Source: Gemmatimonadota bacterium (GTDB lineage: Bacteria; Gemmatimonadota; Gemmatimonadetes; Gemmatimonadales; GWC2-71-9). From it: 64,000 nucleotides of DNA. Positions 44,961 through 54,738 of this stretch are shown here, piece by piece. A program made the position numbers and the translations under genes. The notes under the pieces were generated by a model. The model was given only the letters and a program-made list of their open reading frames with translations. It was not told the origin of the DNA and made no database searches. Positions within the stretch are counted from its first letter, which is position 1. Each line of letters begins with the position of its first letter. The stretch is from the NCBI GenBank assembly GCA_022710485.1, contig JAKLGU010000002.1, positions 2,682 through 66,681 on the forward strand, given 5' to 3'.

Positions 44961-45048
44961 GCCGCTTGACGCGGACCCCCACGGACTGAACATTATGCCA
45001 GCCCCCTGACAATTTGCTCGTCAGCACTCCGCACACCACCGAGGCGTC

Positions 45049-47886
45049 TTGGACGACCCACTGCTCGAACGTCTGCGGCGGGCGCTGGCACCGGAGTTTG
45101 AAGTGGACCGCCGGCTCGCCGCCGGGGGCATGGGCATCGTCTACCGCGCCCGCGAGGTGGCGCTCGACCGCCCCGTCGCGGTCAAGGTGTTGCGCCCGGA
45201 ACTCGCCACCGCGGTGGCACGCGAACGCTTCCTGCGCGAAGCTCGGCTCCTCGCCCGCCTGCAGCACCCAAACGTCGTGCCGGTCCACCGGGCTGACGAG
45301 CGCGACGGCCTCCCTTTCTACGTGATGGACCTCATCGAGGGGCGGACGCTCGCCGACCGGCTTTCGGGCGGCCCCCTTCCCGCCGACGATCTCATCCGAC
45401 TTTCCCGCGACCTGCTGGAGGCGCTCGCCGCCTCCCACGCGGCCGGCGTCATCCACCGCGACGTGAAGCCGCACAACATCTTCCTCGTGGACAGCCGCGC
45501 ACTTCTCGGCGATTTCGGAATCTCGCACGACGCCGCGAGCGAGGACTCCAGCTTCACGGCGGAAGGGGCGTTACTGGGCACCAGGGAGTACATGGCGCCC
45601 GAGCAGCTGCGCGGCGAGCCGGCCACCCAGCACGCCGATCAGTATTCCGCCGCGGCGGTGCTGTTCGAGGCCGCGTGCGGACGTCAGTGGAAGGCGCTCG
45701 ACGCGCCCGCCAGGGCGAACTGGCGCGGCGTGCCCGACGCGCTGGCGCGGGTGCTCCGTCAAGCGCTGGCGGTGCGGCCCGAGGAGCGCTGGCCATCGAT
45801 GCGGGCCATGCGGGTGGCGCTCGAGAAGCAGCGGCACCGCCGACGGCGGCAGGCGGTGAACGCTGCCCTGGCAGTCGGTGCGCTCCTCCTGGCCCTCAAG
45901 GGTTGGACCACGGTCTTTCCCCCTCCGCCCCCGGCCAATCACCGGGCGCTGGCGATCATCCCGTTCACCACCAATGGAGCGACCGAAGACTCCCTCGGGT
46001 ACCTGGTGGCAGAGGCCACCTACGCGAACCTCTACAACTTTCCAGCTCTCACGAGGGTAGCCCTCGACTCCTCATCCAGCTGGCGACGGACCCACCCGGC
46101 CGCAGATGAGGCGAGCGCCCGGCAGGCGCTGGACGTCGAGCGCGTAATCACGGGGGAGGTGGAGCGCCGCGGGACCGGCATGACCCTCCGCCTCCGCGTG
46201 ACCGACTCCACCGGCACGATGCCGCTGCCGACCATCGAGGTGTCAGGCGAAAACGCGAACTTCTGGGCCTTGGGTGATTCGGCCGCCGTGGCGATCGGAC
46301 TCAACCTCGGCCGCCGACTCGGCACCGACGACCGCAACCTCGCGAGCCGGAGCTCCGAGGCGATCGGGCAGTTCGGACAGGGCGAGGCCCGCTTCGAGGA
46401 GGATGCGTGGCGCGCGGCGGCGGATCGCTACGCGGCCGCCGTGGAGGCAGACTCCACCTTCGTGCTCGCGCGCTGGCGCCAGCTCGTCGCGCGGATCTGG
46501 TCGAGGGATTTCTCCTGGGACTCGGCGACCGCCCTCGGCGACTGCTGTGCCGATCAACTCCCCGCCCTGGAGGCAGGCCTGGTCCGCGCGCTGAGCACCA
46601 CGGACCTGCCCCGCCGTTTCGATGCGTTCGACTCGCTGCACCACCGCTACTCCGACGACGGCATGCTCTCGCTGCTCTACGCAAGCGACCTCTTCCACCG
46701 GGGCCCCTTGATCGGGAGGGGGCTGCCCGAGTCGCTGCGGATGTTTCAGGCGGCGATCGAGAGCAGCCCTGGAGGCACCCCCGCCCCGGCGTACGACCAC
46801 ATGGTCTGGGGAAAGACGCGCCTCGGGGAACGCGCCGAGGCGCGCCGGTGGCTCAAGGCGCGGAAGCGACTCACCACCGACGCCGAAGGGAGGGAGATCG
46901 CGCAGTTCCTCCAGTTGGGATACGACCTCAGGTGGGTCTACTGGCGTGCCAAGTTGAAGCTCTGGTTGCTGGGTCGGTTCGAGTCCGACGCCACGGTCAA
47001 GAAGCTCGGAAATTTCTACCGATTCAGCGCCACGTGGGACATCCCCCGCGGTCAGGACGCGGTGGGCGCGGTCATCGCATCACGCCTGCTCGACACCGAC
47101 CGGGCCAGCGGCCTCGAGGCGCAGGCGCTCGCGCGCCTCACCTGGGGGCGCCTGCCCGAAGGGTTGCGCCTGATCGATTCCGCGGCACTGTATTTCAAGT
47201 CCGACGAGGCGGAGCTCCAGCGCCATCAGTGGCGGCTGTTGCTCCCGGTGCTCGGCGCCGGCAGTTTCGGCGCCGAGGAAGAGGCGTCCGCGCGGCGCTG
47301 GTTGACGGGGCAGGCGGCCGAAGAGCGGAATGGCACGCGGGCCCGGTGGACTCTGGCGCTCGACGCGCTGCAGCGTGGCGATACCGTCGCCGTCCTCGGA
47401 TGGACTGATGCACTCTCGCGGATCGGGGCCTCGGACAGCGCGTCGGCGAGGATGGCCGTGCTCGTGCGGGCCATGCTCGACGGCGGGCGGGACCCGCGCG
47501 GCGCCCTTGCGGCCACCGAGCCGTTGCGCCGGTTCGACTCCCCCAGGCCGGGGCAGGACATCTTCACGCGGAGCCTCCTCCACCTGTCCAGGGCCCGGTG
47601 GTTCGAGGCCGCAGGCGACCTCGAGGGAGCGCGTCGCGAGATCCTCTGGTACGAGAACTCGGACACATACAAGTTCCCGGTCCAGGAGGCGCAGAAGATG
47701 GAGGTCGACGCGGTGGCGAGCGTGGCGGCGCGCGTGACCCGGGCGCGGCTGCTCCTCGATGCGGGAGAATCCGCTGTCGCCTGCCGAATGCTTTCGCGCG
47801 TGCGAGAACTGTGGGGGAAGGCGGACTCCTCGCTCGATGCCGCGCGCGCCCGGGCCGACTCGCTGTTCCGGGAGGGCTGCCGGTGA
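45049..47886 (+). CDS. Ser/Thr protein kinase with one TM helix and a ~600-aa extracytoplasmic/TPR-like domain
   Basis: GGMGIVYRA, VAVKVL, HRDVKPHNIFL, DFGIS and the APE motif. A TM helix AVNAALAVGALLLAL follows. The start codon is TTG. Confidence 0.85.
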   Translation: MDDPLLERLRRALAPEFEVDRRLAAGGMGIVYRAREVALDRPVAVKVLRPELATAVARERFLREARLLARLQHPNVVPVHRADERDGLPFYVMDLIEGRTLADRLSGGPLPADDLIRLSRDLLEALAASHAAGVIHRDVKPHNIFLVDSRALLGDFGISHDAASEDSSFTAEGALLGTREYMAPEQLRGEPATQHADQYSAAAVLFEAACGRQWKALDAPARANWRGVPDALARVLRQALAVRPEERWPSMRAMRVALEKQRHRRRRQAVNAALAVGALLLALKGWTTVFPPPPPANHRALAIIPFTTNGATEDSLGYLVAEATYANLYNFPALTRVALDSSSSWRRTHPAADEASARQALDVERVITGEVERRGTGMTLRLRVTDSTGTMPLPTIEVSGENANFWALGDSAAVAIGLNLGRRLGTDDRNLASRSSEAIGQFGQGEARFEEDAWRAAADRYAAAVEADSTFVLARWRQLVARIWSRDFSWDSATALGDCCADQLPALEAGLVRALSTTDLPRRFDAFDSLHHRYSDDGMLSLLYASDLFHRGPLIGRGLPESLRMFQAAIESSPGGTPAPAYDHMVWGKTRLGERAEARRWLKARKRLTTDAEGREIAQFLQLGYDLRWVYWRAKLKLWLLGRFESDATVKKLGNFYRFSATWDIPRGQDAVGAVIASRLLDTDRASGLEAQALARLTWGRLPEGLRLIDSAALYFKSDEAELQRHQWRLLLPVLGAGSFGAEEEASARRWLTGQAAEERNGTRARWTLALDALQRGDTVAVLGWTDALSRIGASDSASARMAVLVRAMLDGGRDPRGALAATEPLRRFDSPRPGQDIFTRSLLHLSRARWFEAAGDLEGARREILWYENSDTYKFPVQEAQKMEVDAVASVAARVTRARLLLDAGESAVACRMLSRVRELWGKADSSLDAARARADSLFREGCR

Positions 47887-49769
47887 TTTCGCTTCGACTG
47901 CTTGGCCCGGTGGAACTGACGGTGGACGGCGGGGCGCCGCCGGCCGAGTTGCTTTGGAAGAAGAACCTGGCGCTGCTGGTGTACCTGGCGCTCTCGCCAC
48001 GGCAGACCCGTACGCGGGAACACCTCACCGGCCTCCTCTGGGGCGACAAGCCGGAGTCGGCGGCTCGTCACTCGCTGAACGAGGCGCTGCGGGTGCTCCG
48101 AAAGGCAGTGGGCGACGCCGCACTCGTCACCGACGCCACGTCGGTCAAGCTCGAGGCGGGCACGGTGTCGATGGACCTCAACGATTTTGCCCGGCACGAA
48201 GTCGCCCACGAATGGAGGCAGGCCGGCGCGCTCGTGGGAGGAGCGCCCCTCGAGGGGTTCGCCGTGCCGGGCGAGTCGGCCTTTGAGGACTGGCTGACCG
48301 CCGAACGCAGCCAATGGGAGCGCCGCTCCGTGGCGGCGCTGGCGCAGGCGGCGGAACAGTCGCTGTCCAAGGGAAACACCACCGATGGCGTGGCGCTGGC
48401 AGAGCGTGCCATGAGCATGGCGCCGACGTCGAACCAGGCGGCGGCGGTCCTGCTCAAGGCGCTGGCGCTCTCGGGCAGCCGTGCGGCGGCGCTGGCCAGG
48501 TACGAAGATTACGCCCAGGCGCTTCGGGAGCGGCTCGGTGTCGAGCCCGAGGCCGCGCTCTCCGCCCTCGCCGACCGGATCCGCAAGGACCGACTCGGCC
48601 CCGCCCCGGAGAGCGAGGCGGCCAAGGTGGCGCAGACCCGGCGGCTTCCCCTGTTCGGCCGGGAGGAGGCGCTGGCTGCCCTCACGGGAGCCTGGCGCAG
48701 GGCGGTATCCGGAAAGCAGACCGCGGTGGCCGTGGTCCTGGCCGACGCCGGGCTGGGCAAGACTCGGCTGGTCGAGGAACTGATGGCCCGCGTCGGGCTC
48801 GAGGGTGGCGTGACGCTTCGGGTGCGCTGTGTCGAGACGGATAAGTCGTCGCCCTGGAGCGGGCTCCTCGGCGCGGCGCGGGGAGGACTCCTTGAGGCGC
48901 GCGGGATCGCATCGGCGCCCGCGTCGGCCCACGCCGCCTTTGCCGCCCAGATCACCGAATGGGGAGACCGCTACCGCGGCGCCGGAGGGACGGAGCCCGC
49001 CCCGCTGCCGAGAGCGTTCACCGAACTTGTTAGGGCAGCGGCGGACGAACAGCCGGTGCTCGTGGTGACCGACGACTGCCACTACCTGGATGTCGAGTCG
49101 TTCCAGAGCCTCGCGGCGCTCCCGCGCGACGTGCCCGCGGCGCCGATCATGCTGCTGCTGACCGCGGAACCGGCCGTCCCCTCGGACACGCTCGACGCGC
49201 TGCGCAGCCGGTTTGGGCGCGACCTCCCCGGCGAGGTGGTGGAGCTTGGTCCGCTGACCAACGACGCGCTTATGGCGATGGCACGGGCGGTGTTCCCGAA
49301 CTATGCCGCGAGCCAGCTCGACCGCCTCACACGCCGGGTCGCCGCGGATTCCGCCGGTGTCCCGCTCCTGGCCATCGAGATCCTGCATGGCGTCTCGTCA
49401 GGGCTCGACTGGGAGCGGGAGTCAGGCGCCTGGCCCGCGCCATACCACACCCTCACGCAGACGTCGCCCGGCGACCTGCCCGACAGCATCATCGCCGCGG
49501 TGCGTATCGGCTACCGCCGGCTCTCCGACGCGGCCCAGCGGACGCTGGCCGCGGCCGCGGCGCTCGGCGGGCGGGTCACCGCGGCCCGGCTCGCGCGTGC
49601 GACCGGAATTCCCGCCGCCCAAGTCGACGCGGCGCTCGACGAGCTGGAATGGCAGCGCTGGCTCGTGGCCGACGGGCGGGGCTACGCGTTCGTGGCGGGC
49701 ATCGTGGAGCGGATCATCGAGCGCGACATGCTCACCACCGGACAGCGCCGGCGCATGAAGGACGCATAG
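47883..49769 (+). CDS. SARP/BTAD-family transcriptional regulator fused to a P-loop ATPase (AfsR-like)
   Basis: GTG 47883 overlaps the kinase stop as GTGA. It has an OmpR/SARP winged helix (LRLLGPVELTVDG..LLVYLAL..REHLTGLLWGD), a BTAD helical domain, and Walker A ADAGLGKTRL. The ORF-track N-terminal 95 aa were rejected. Confidence 0.8.
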   Translation: MISLRLLGPVELTVDGGAPPAELLWKKNLALLVYLALSPRQTRTREHLTGLLWGDKPESAARHSLNEALRVLRKAVGDAALVTDATSVKLEAGTVSMDLNDFARHEVAHEWRQAGALVGGAPLEGFAVPGESAFEDWLTAERSQWERRSVAALAQAAEQSLSKGNTTDGVALAERAMSMAPTSNQAAAVLLKALALSGSRAAALARYEDYAQALRERLGVEPEAALSALADRIRKDRLGPAPESEAAKVAQTRRLPLFGREEALAALTGAWRRAVSGKQTAVAVVLADAGLGKTRLVEELMARVGLEGGVTLRVRCVETDKSSPWSGLLGAARGGLLEARGIASAPASAHAAFAAQITEWGDRYRGAGGTEPAPLPRAFTELVRAAADEQPVLVVTDDCHYLDVESFQSLAALPRDVPAAPIMLLLTAEPAVPSDTLDALRSRFGRDLPGEVVELGPLTNDALMAMARAVFPNYAASQLDRLTRRVAADSAGVPLLAIEILHGVSSGLDWERESGAWPAPYHTLTQTSPGDLPDSIIAAVRIGYRRLSDAAQRTLAAAAALGGRVTAARLARATGIPAAQVDAALDELEWQRWLVADGRGYAFVAGIVERIIERDMLTTGQRRRMKDA

Positions 49770-50731
49770 TGGACAACCTCTGCCACACGCTGGTGGGAGC
49801 TGCGCTGGCCCAGTCCGGGCTGAAGCGCCGAACTCCCCTTGCCACCGCCACCCTACTCGTCGCCGCCAACCTCCCCGACGTCGACGTGATCAGCCTGGCG
49901 TGGGGCAGCACCGCCGGGCTCGGCTTCCGCCGCGGCTGGACCCACGGCGTGCTGGCGCTCTCGCTGTGGCCCTTCCTGCTCGCAGCCGCCATCGCCTTGT
50001 TCGACCGATATGGCGCCCGGCGCGGCGCTCGATTCTGGCCGCTGGTGCTCCTCTCCGCCATCGGCGTGGCGAGCCACCCCCTGCTCGACCTCCTCAATAC
50101 CTACGGCGTCCGGTTGATGATGCCGTTCTCGAACCGGTGGTACTACGGCGACACACTGTTCATCGTGGACGTGTGGGTCTGGCTGGTGCTGGCGGCAGGT
50201 GTGCTGGTCAGCATGCGGGCCGAGCGCCGCCACCTCAGCAACTGGCGCGCGCCGGCGCGCGCGGCGCTCGGGATCGCGGTCGTCTATGCGGCAGGGATGT
50301 TCACGCTGGGCCGGCTGGCCAAGTCCCAGGTTCGCTTCGAGGTCGGCGCCACCGGCGTCCCGGCACTTCGCGTGCTGGCCTCACCGGTTCCGCTCTCCCC
50401 AATCGTGCGGGACGTGGTTGTGGACGAGGGAGACAGCTACCTGGTGGGAAGGATCCGGGTCGGCGGCCATTTCGAGGAGGGAGGGCATTGGCCGAAGCGG
50501 AATCCGGATGACGAGGAGGCGGATCCCGCGCTGTCGATGGCGGCCTCGACGCCCGCCGCCGTCACCTTTCTCGGGTGGGCCCGCTACCCCACGTATGTCG
50601 TGGACCGGCGGGGCGGCAACACCATCGTGCATTTCGTGGACCTGCGATACGCGCGGAGCCCCGACGACGTGTTCGGCACCCTGGCCGTCCCGGTATCGAG
50701 CGGGCAATTGGCGCTTTCACCACCTCCGTGA
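49769..50731 (+). CDS. Membrane-bound metal-dependent hydrolase (YdjM/DUF457-like) with a C-terminal extension
   Basis: VDNLCHTLVGAALAQSGL..ANLPDVDV..GWTHG, with several TM helices. GTG 49769 shares 1 nt with the upstream TAG. Confidence 0.65.
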   Translation: MDNLCHTLVGAALAQSGLKRRTPLATATLLVAANLPDVDVISLAWGSTAGLGFRRGWTHGVLALSLWPFLLAAAIALFDRYGARRGARFWPLVLLSAIGVASHPLLDLLNTYGVRLMMPFSNRWYYGDTLFIVDVWVWLVLAAGVLVSMRAERRHLSNWRAPARAALGIAVVYAAGMFTLGRLAKSQVRFEVGATGVPALRVLASPVPLSPIVRDVVVDEGDSYLVGRIRVGGHFEEGGHWPKRNPDDEEADPALSMAASTPAAVTFLGWARYPTYVVDRRGGNTIVHFVDLRYARSPDDVFGTLAVPVSSGQLALSPPP

Positions 50732-50749
50732 GCCCGGCGGCCGCCCCCA

Positions 50750-51421
50750 CTACCTCCTGCCCGACCGTCGCAATAGCGGCTCCAGGGCCTCCCATACCAA
50801 TGCCGCCACCTGCCGCTGTCCCGCCGCCGTCGGGTGGATGCCGTCCGCCTGGTTGAGGGAATCGACTCCGCCGACACCGGCCAGCAGGAACGGCACCAGG
50901 GGCACGCCCAGCTCTCGCGACGCATCCTGATAGGCGGCGCGAAACCGCGCGGTATACTCGCTCCCGAGATTCGGCGGCGCCTCCATGCCGAGGAGGAGGA
51001 TGGCCGGCGGCGGCGATTGCCGGCGTGCCCGCGTCACGATGGCGTCGATGTTGGCGCGGAGCGAGTCGGGATCGAGCCCGCGCAGTCCGTCGTTGGCGCC
51101 AGTCTCAAGAATCAGGACCGCCACCGGTTGTCGCATCAGCCAGTCCACCCGCTGCAACGCGCCCGCCGACGTTTCCCCGCTGACCCCGCGGTTCACGACC
51201 CGATACGCCAGCCCCGCCGAGTCGATCTTCTGTTGGAGTACGGCGGGATACGCCTCTGAGGGGTCGAGGCCGAGCCCCGCCGTCAGGCTCGTTCCCACGA
51301 CCAGGATCAACGGGGCGGAAGCGGCGGTGGCGGAGGAACTGTCGGCCGCCTGTGGCGTATCAGGGCCACGGCACCCCGCCAGCGCGGCGAGGGCGGCGGA
51401 GTACAGTATCATTCGGGGCAT
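50750..51421 (-). CDS. SGNH/GDSL-family arylesterase/lysophospholipase (TesA-like lipoprotein)
   Basis: Lipobox LAALAGC, block I VVGTSLTAG, block III ETGANDG and block V DGIHPT. Confidence 0.8.
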   Translation of the reverse strand: MPRMILYSAALAALAGCRGPDTPQAADSSSATAASAPLILVVGTSLTAGLGLDPSEAYPAVLQQKIDSAGLAYRVVNRGVSGETSAGALQRVDWLMRQPVAVLILETGANDGLRGLDPDSLRANIDAIVTRARRQSPPPAILLLGMEAPPNLGSEYTARFRAAYQDASRELGVPLVPFLLAGVGGVDSLNQADGIHPTAAGQRQVAALVWEALEPLLRRSGRR

Positions 51422-51443
51422 GGAACACGTCATGGGAGTCCAG

Positions 51444-52112
51444 ATGCTGCGCTGTGAAAACCTCACCCAGGCCTACCGCTCGGGCGCGGGCACGTTGACG
51501 GTGTTGCAAGATATCAGCTTCGGGGTGTCGCCCGGCGAATTTCTCGCGATCGTCGGCCCGTCCGGCAGCGGCAAGACGACCCTGCTGGGACTCCTGGCCG
51601 GCCTGGACCGGCCCGCCTCCGGCGAAGTCTGGCTCGACGGCAACCCCCTGAGCACAATGAACGAGGACGAGCGCGCCGCGCTCCGCGGCGCCAGGGTGGG
51701 CTTCGTCTTCCAATCCTACCAGCTGATCCCGACGCTCACGGCGCTCGAGAACGTGCAGGTCCCGCTGGAACTCCGTGGCGAGTCCGACCCGGCGCGCGCG
51801 CACGCGCTGCTCGAGCGAGTGGGACTCGGCGACCGCACCGGCCACTATCCTGCCCAGCTCTCCGGTGGCGAGCAGCAACGCGTGGCGCTCGCACGGGCGT
51901 TCAGCACCCAGCCGAAAGTTCTCTTTGCCGATGAGCCGACGGGCAACCTCGACCAGCGCACCGGCGCTGGCATCATCGAACTGATGACCGACCTCAACCG
52001 GGAGGCGGGCACCACGCTCGTGCTGGTGACCCACGACCCGGAGCTGGCCGGCCGGGCCCGCCGCATCCTGCGACTGGCCGATGGCCGCCTCGTGTCGGAT
52101 ACCGCGGCGTGA
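51444..52112 (+). CDS. ABC transporter ATP-binding protein (YbbA/LolD-like)
   Basis: Walker A GPSGSGKTT, signature LSGGEQQRVALAR and Walker B LFADEPTGNLD. ATG 51444 is preceded by GGGAG. In-frame alternatives exist at 51420 and 51432. Confidence 0.9.
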   Translation: MLRCENLTQAYRSGAGTLTVLQDISFGVSPGEFLAIVGPSGSGKTTLLGLLAGLDRPASGEVWLDGNPLSTMNEDERAALRGARVGFVFQSYQLIPTLTALENVQVPLELRGESDPARAHALLERVGLGDRTGHYPAQLSGGEQQRVALARAFSTQPKVLFADEPTGNLDQRTGAGIIELMTDLNREAGTTLVLVTHDPELAGRARRILRLADGRLVSDTAA

Positions 52113-54670
52113 CCCTCCGCGCGCTCCTGCGACTGGCGTGGCGCGAGGGACGCGCCTCCCGGCGCCGCCTCCTCCTGCTCGTCGCCGCCATCGCGACGGG
52201 CACCGCCGCGCTCGTGGCGATCAACACCTTTACCGCCAACCTCCGGACGGCGGTGTCGGGCGAGGCACGCAGCCTCCTCGGCGCCGATCTCGCGTTCGCC
52301 TCGCGCACGGCGCCCACCGATGCCCTGCGCCGGCTGGCGGATTCCCTCGCCTGCGCCGGCGCCGCCCCGTGCGATGCCCGCGCCACCGTCACCACTTTCG
52401 GCGCCATGGGGTACGTCCCCTCCCGCGCCGGCGTGCGCCTCGTCCGCGTGACGGCGGTCGAGGGGAGCTGGCCCTTCTTCGGGAAGATCAGCACCTCGCC
52501 GGCCGGCGTCTGGCCGCAGCTGCAGTCGGCCCGCGTGGCGCTGGTGGATCCCGCCTTTCTGACCGCGCTCGGCGCCTCCGTCGGCGATACCCTGGCGCTC
52601 GGCGCCCTGCGCGTGCCGATCGCCGGCACGGTGGACCACGTCCCCGGCGACGTGGGCATCGCGACCGCGTTCGGCCCGCGCGTGTTCATCCCTGGCGCGC
52701 TGGTGCCGGAAACGGGGCTGCTCGGCTTCGGCGCCCGCGCGGAGTACGACACCTATCTCCGCCTGCCGGCCGGCGCCGAGGTCGAGGCCATTGCCGACAC
52801 CCTCAGGCCGACCCTCCGGCCCGAGCGGGTGCGAGTGCGCACGGTCGAGGACGAGCAGCGGAACCTGGGCAACGCGCTCGAACGACTCGGGCGCTTCCTC
52901 GGGCTCGTGGCCCTGGTGGCGCTCCTCCTCGGCGGGCTCGGGGTCGGCAGCGCCATCCACGTCCTCATCCGCCAGAAGATGGACACCGTGGCAGTACTCC
53001 GCTGCCTCGGCGGGAGCAGCCGGCAGGTGTTCACGCTCTTCCTCGTCCAGGCGGCCGGCATCGGCCTCCTCGGGAGCGGCATCGGCGCCGCCATCGGGCT
53101 CGGCATCCAGCAGCTGCTGCCCCGCGTCCTGGGCGAGTTCCTGCCGGTGACGGTACCGACGACGGTCTCCTGGCCCGCGCTCGCCACCGGGCTGGGCCTC
53201 GGGCTCTGGACCGCCATCGCCTTCGCCCTGATCCCGCTGCTTGGGGTCAGGAAGATCTCGCCGCTTGCCACGCTTCGCCGCCCGTACGAGGCGGAGACCC
53301 GGCCGCCACGCGACCGGTGGACGGTCCTCGCGACCCTCGCGCTGGCACTGAGCGTCCTGCTCATGGCCGTCGTGCAGGCGGGAAACGCGATGCGCGGAGC
53401 CGCCTTTGCGGCGGGCATCGGCCTGGCGATCGCCGGCCTCTGGCTCTCGGCGTTCGCGCTGGTGCGCGGGCTTCGGAAGTGGTTTCCCCACCGACTGTCC
53501 TATGTATGGCGCCAGGGGCTCGCCAACCTCTACCGCCCGGCCAACCAGACAGTCTCCGTGGTGCTCTCGCTCGGATTCGGCAGCTTCCTGCTGGCAACCC
53601 TTCTGCTCGTACAGCACAACCTATTGCGGTCGCTGCGGGTGGACGGCAGTTCGCGCCGCCCAAACCTGATCCTCTTCGACATCCAGCCCGACCAGGCAGC
53701 GGGCGTGGATTCCCTGCTCCGGGCGCGTACGCTCGACCCCACACCCGCCGTCCCCATCGTCCCGATGCGCATCCAGTCGATCGGCGGACGCTCGGTCCAG
53801 GATTACTCGCGCGACACGACCGAGGTCGAAGGGCGGCCCGCGGGGTGGGCGCTGCGGCGCGAGTACCGCTCGACCTATCGCGACTCGGCGGTGGCGAGCG
53901 AGCGGGTCATCACCGGCTCATGGTGGGGTGCCGGCCCCGATTCCGCCGGGGCACCGGTGTCCATCTCGGTGGAGGTGGGGCTGGCGGAGGAACTCGGCGT
54001 CAGCATCGGCGACGAGATCACGTGGGACGTCCAGGGTGTGCCGGTCCCGAGCCGGGTGACCAGCCTGCGCGAGGTGGACTGGGCGCGGTTCGAGACCAAC
54101 TTCTTCGTCGTGTTCCGGCCGGGGGCGCTGGAGGCCGCGCCGCAAACGCTTGTGACGCTGGTGCGGGTGGACAGCGCCGCGGAGCGCGGCCTCATCCAGC
54201 GCGCCGTCGTCGAGCGATTCGCCAACATCTCGGCGCTCGACCTTTCCACCGTGCAGCGTGCACTAGACGACATCCTCGGCAAGGTGGGCGCCGCCATCCG
54301 GTTCATGGCGTTCTTCACCCTGGCGGCGGGGCTGGTGGTACTGCTCGGCTCACTCGCCACGAGCCGGGCCCAGCGGCTGCGTGAGACGGTGCTCCTCAAG
54401 ACCCTCGGTGCGAGCCGGGCCCAGGTGGTCCGTGTGGCGGTGGCCGAGTACTTGGCGCTGGGGACACTTGCTGCGCTGGCAGGGCTGGTGCTGGCGGTCG
54501 GCAGCGGGTGGGCGCTGGCCCAGTGGCTGTTCGAGACGAAGTTCGCGCTCCCGGTGGCGCCGATGCTGGTCCTGGCCGCCGGCGTCGTGACACTCACCGT
54601 CGGCGTCGGACTCTGGAGCTCGGTGGACCTCTTCCGGAGGACGCCGCTGGACGCCCTGCGGAACGAATAG
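52109..54670 (+). CDS. FtsX-family ABC transporter permease (YbbP-like, duplicated)
   Basis: 853 aa with two FtsX-type 4-helix modules separated by large loops. It overlaps the ATPase stop by 4 nt. Confidence 0.9.
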   Translation: MTLRALLRLAWREGRASRRRLLLLVAAIATGTAALVAINTFTANLRTAVSGEARSLLGADLAFASRTAPTDALRRLADSLACAGAAPCDARATVTTFGAMGYVPSRAGVRLVRVTAVEGSWPFFGKISTSPAGVWPQLQSARVALVDPAFLTALGASVGDTLALGALRVPIAGTVDHVPGDVGIATAFGPRVFIPGALVPETGLLGFGARAEYDTYLRLPAGAEVEAIADTLRPTLRPERVRVRTVEDEQRNLGNALERLGRFLGLVALVALLLGGLGVGSAIHVLIRQKMDTVAVLRCLGGSSRQVFTLFLVQAAGIGLLGSGIGAAIGLGIQQLLPRVLGEFLPVTVPTTVSWPALATGLGLGLWTAIAFALIPLLGVRKISPLATLRRPYEAETRPPRDRWTVLATLALALSVLLMAVVQAGNAMRGAAFAAGIGLAIAGLWLSAFALVRGLRKWFPHRLSYVWRQGLANLYRPANQTVSVVLSLGFGSFLLATLLLVQHNLLRSLRVDGSSRRPNLILFDIQPDQAAGVDSLLRARTLDPTPAVPIVPMRIQSIGGRSVQDYSRDTTEVEGRPAGWALRREYRSTYRDSAVASERVITGSWWGAGPDSAGAPVSISVEVGLAEELGVSIGDEITWDVQGVPVPSRVTSLREVDWARFETNFFVVFRPGALEAAPQTLVTLVRVDSAAERGLIQRAVVERFANISALDLSTVQRALDDILGKVGAAIRFMAFFTLAAGLVVLLGSLATSRAQRLRETVLLKTLGASRAQVVRVAVAEYLALGTLAALAGLVLAVGSGWALAQWLFETKFALPVAPMLVLAAGVVTLTVGVGLWSSVDLFRRTPLDALRNE

Positions 54671-54738
54671 CCCGCTTCTTACCTCCCCTCCGGGGCGGCA
54701 GTATCTTCCCTCCATCCTCAACAGGTGAGACTCCCCGG

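Noticed and set aside
47226-49388. 720-aa minus-strand ORF opposite the kinase and SARP genes
   Set aside because: Shadow ORF. It has no motifs, and the plus-strand genes carry clear kinase, SARP and P-loop signatures.
51845-53617. 590-aa minus-strand ORF, and the 767-aa plus-strand ORF 52081..54384, overlapping the FtsX permease
   Set aside because: They are alternative-frame or antisense shadows. Only the 52109..54670 frame gives hydrophobic helices and FtsX architecture.
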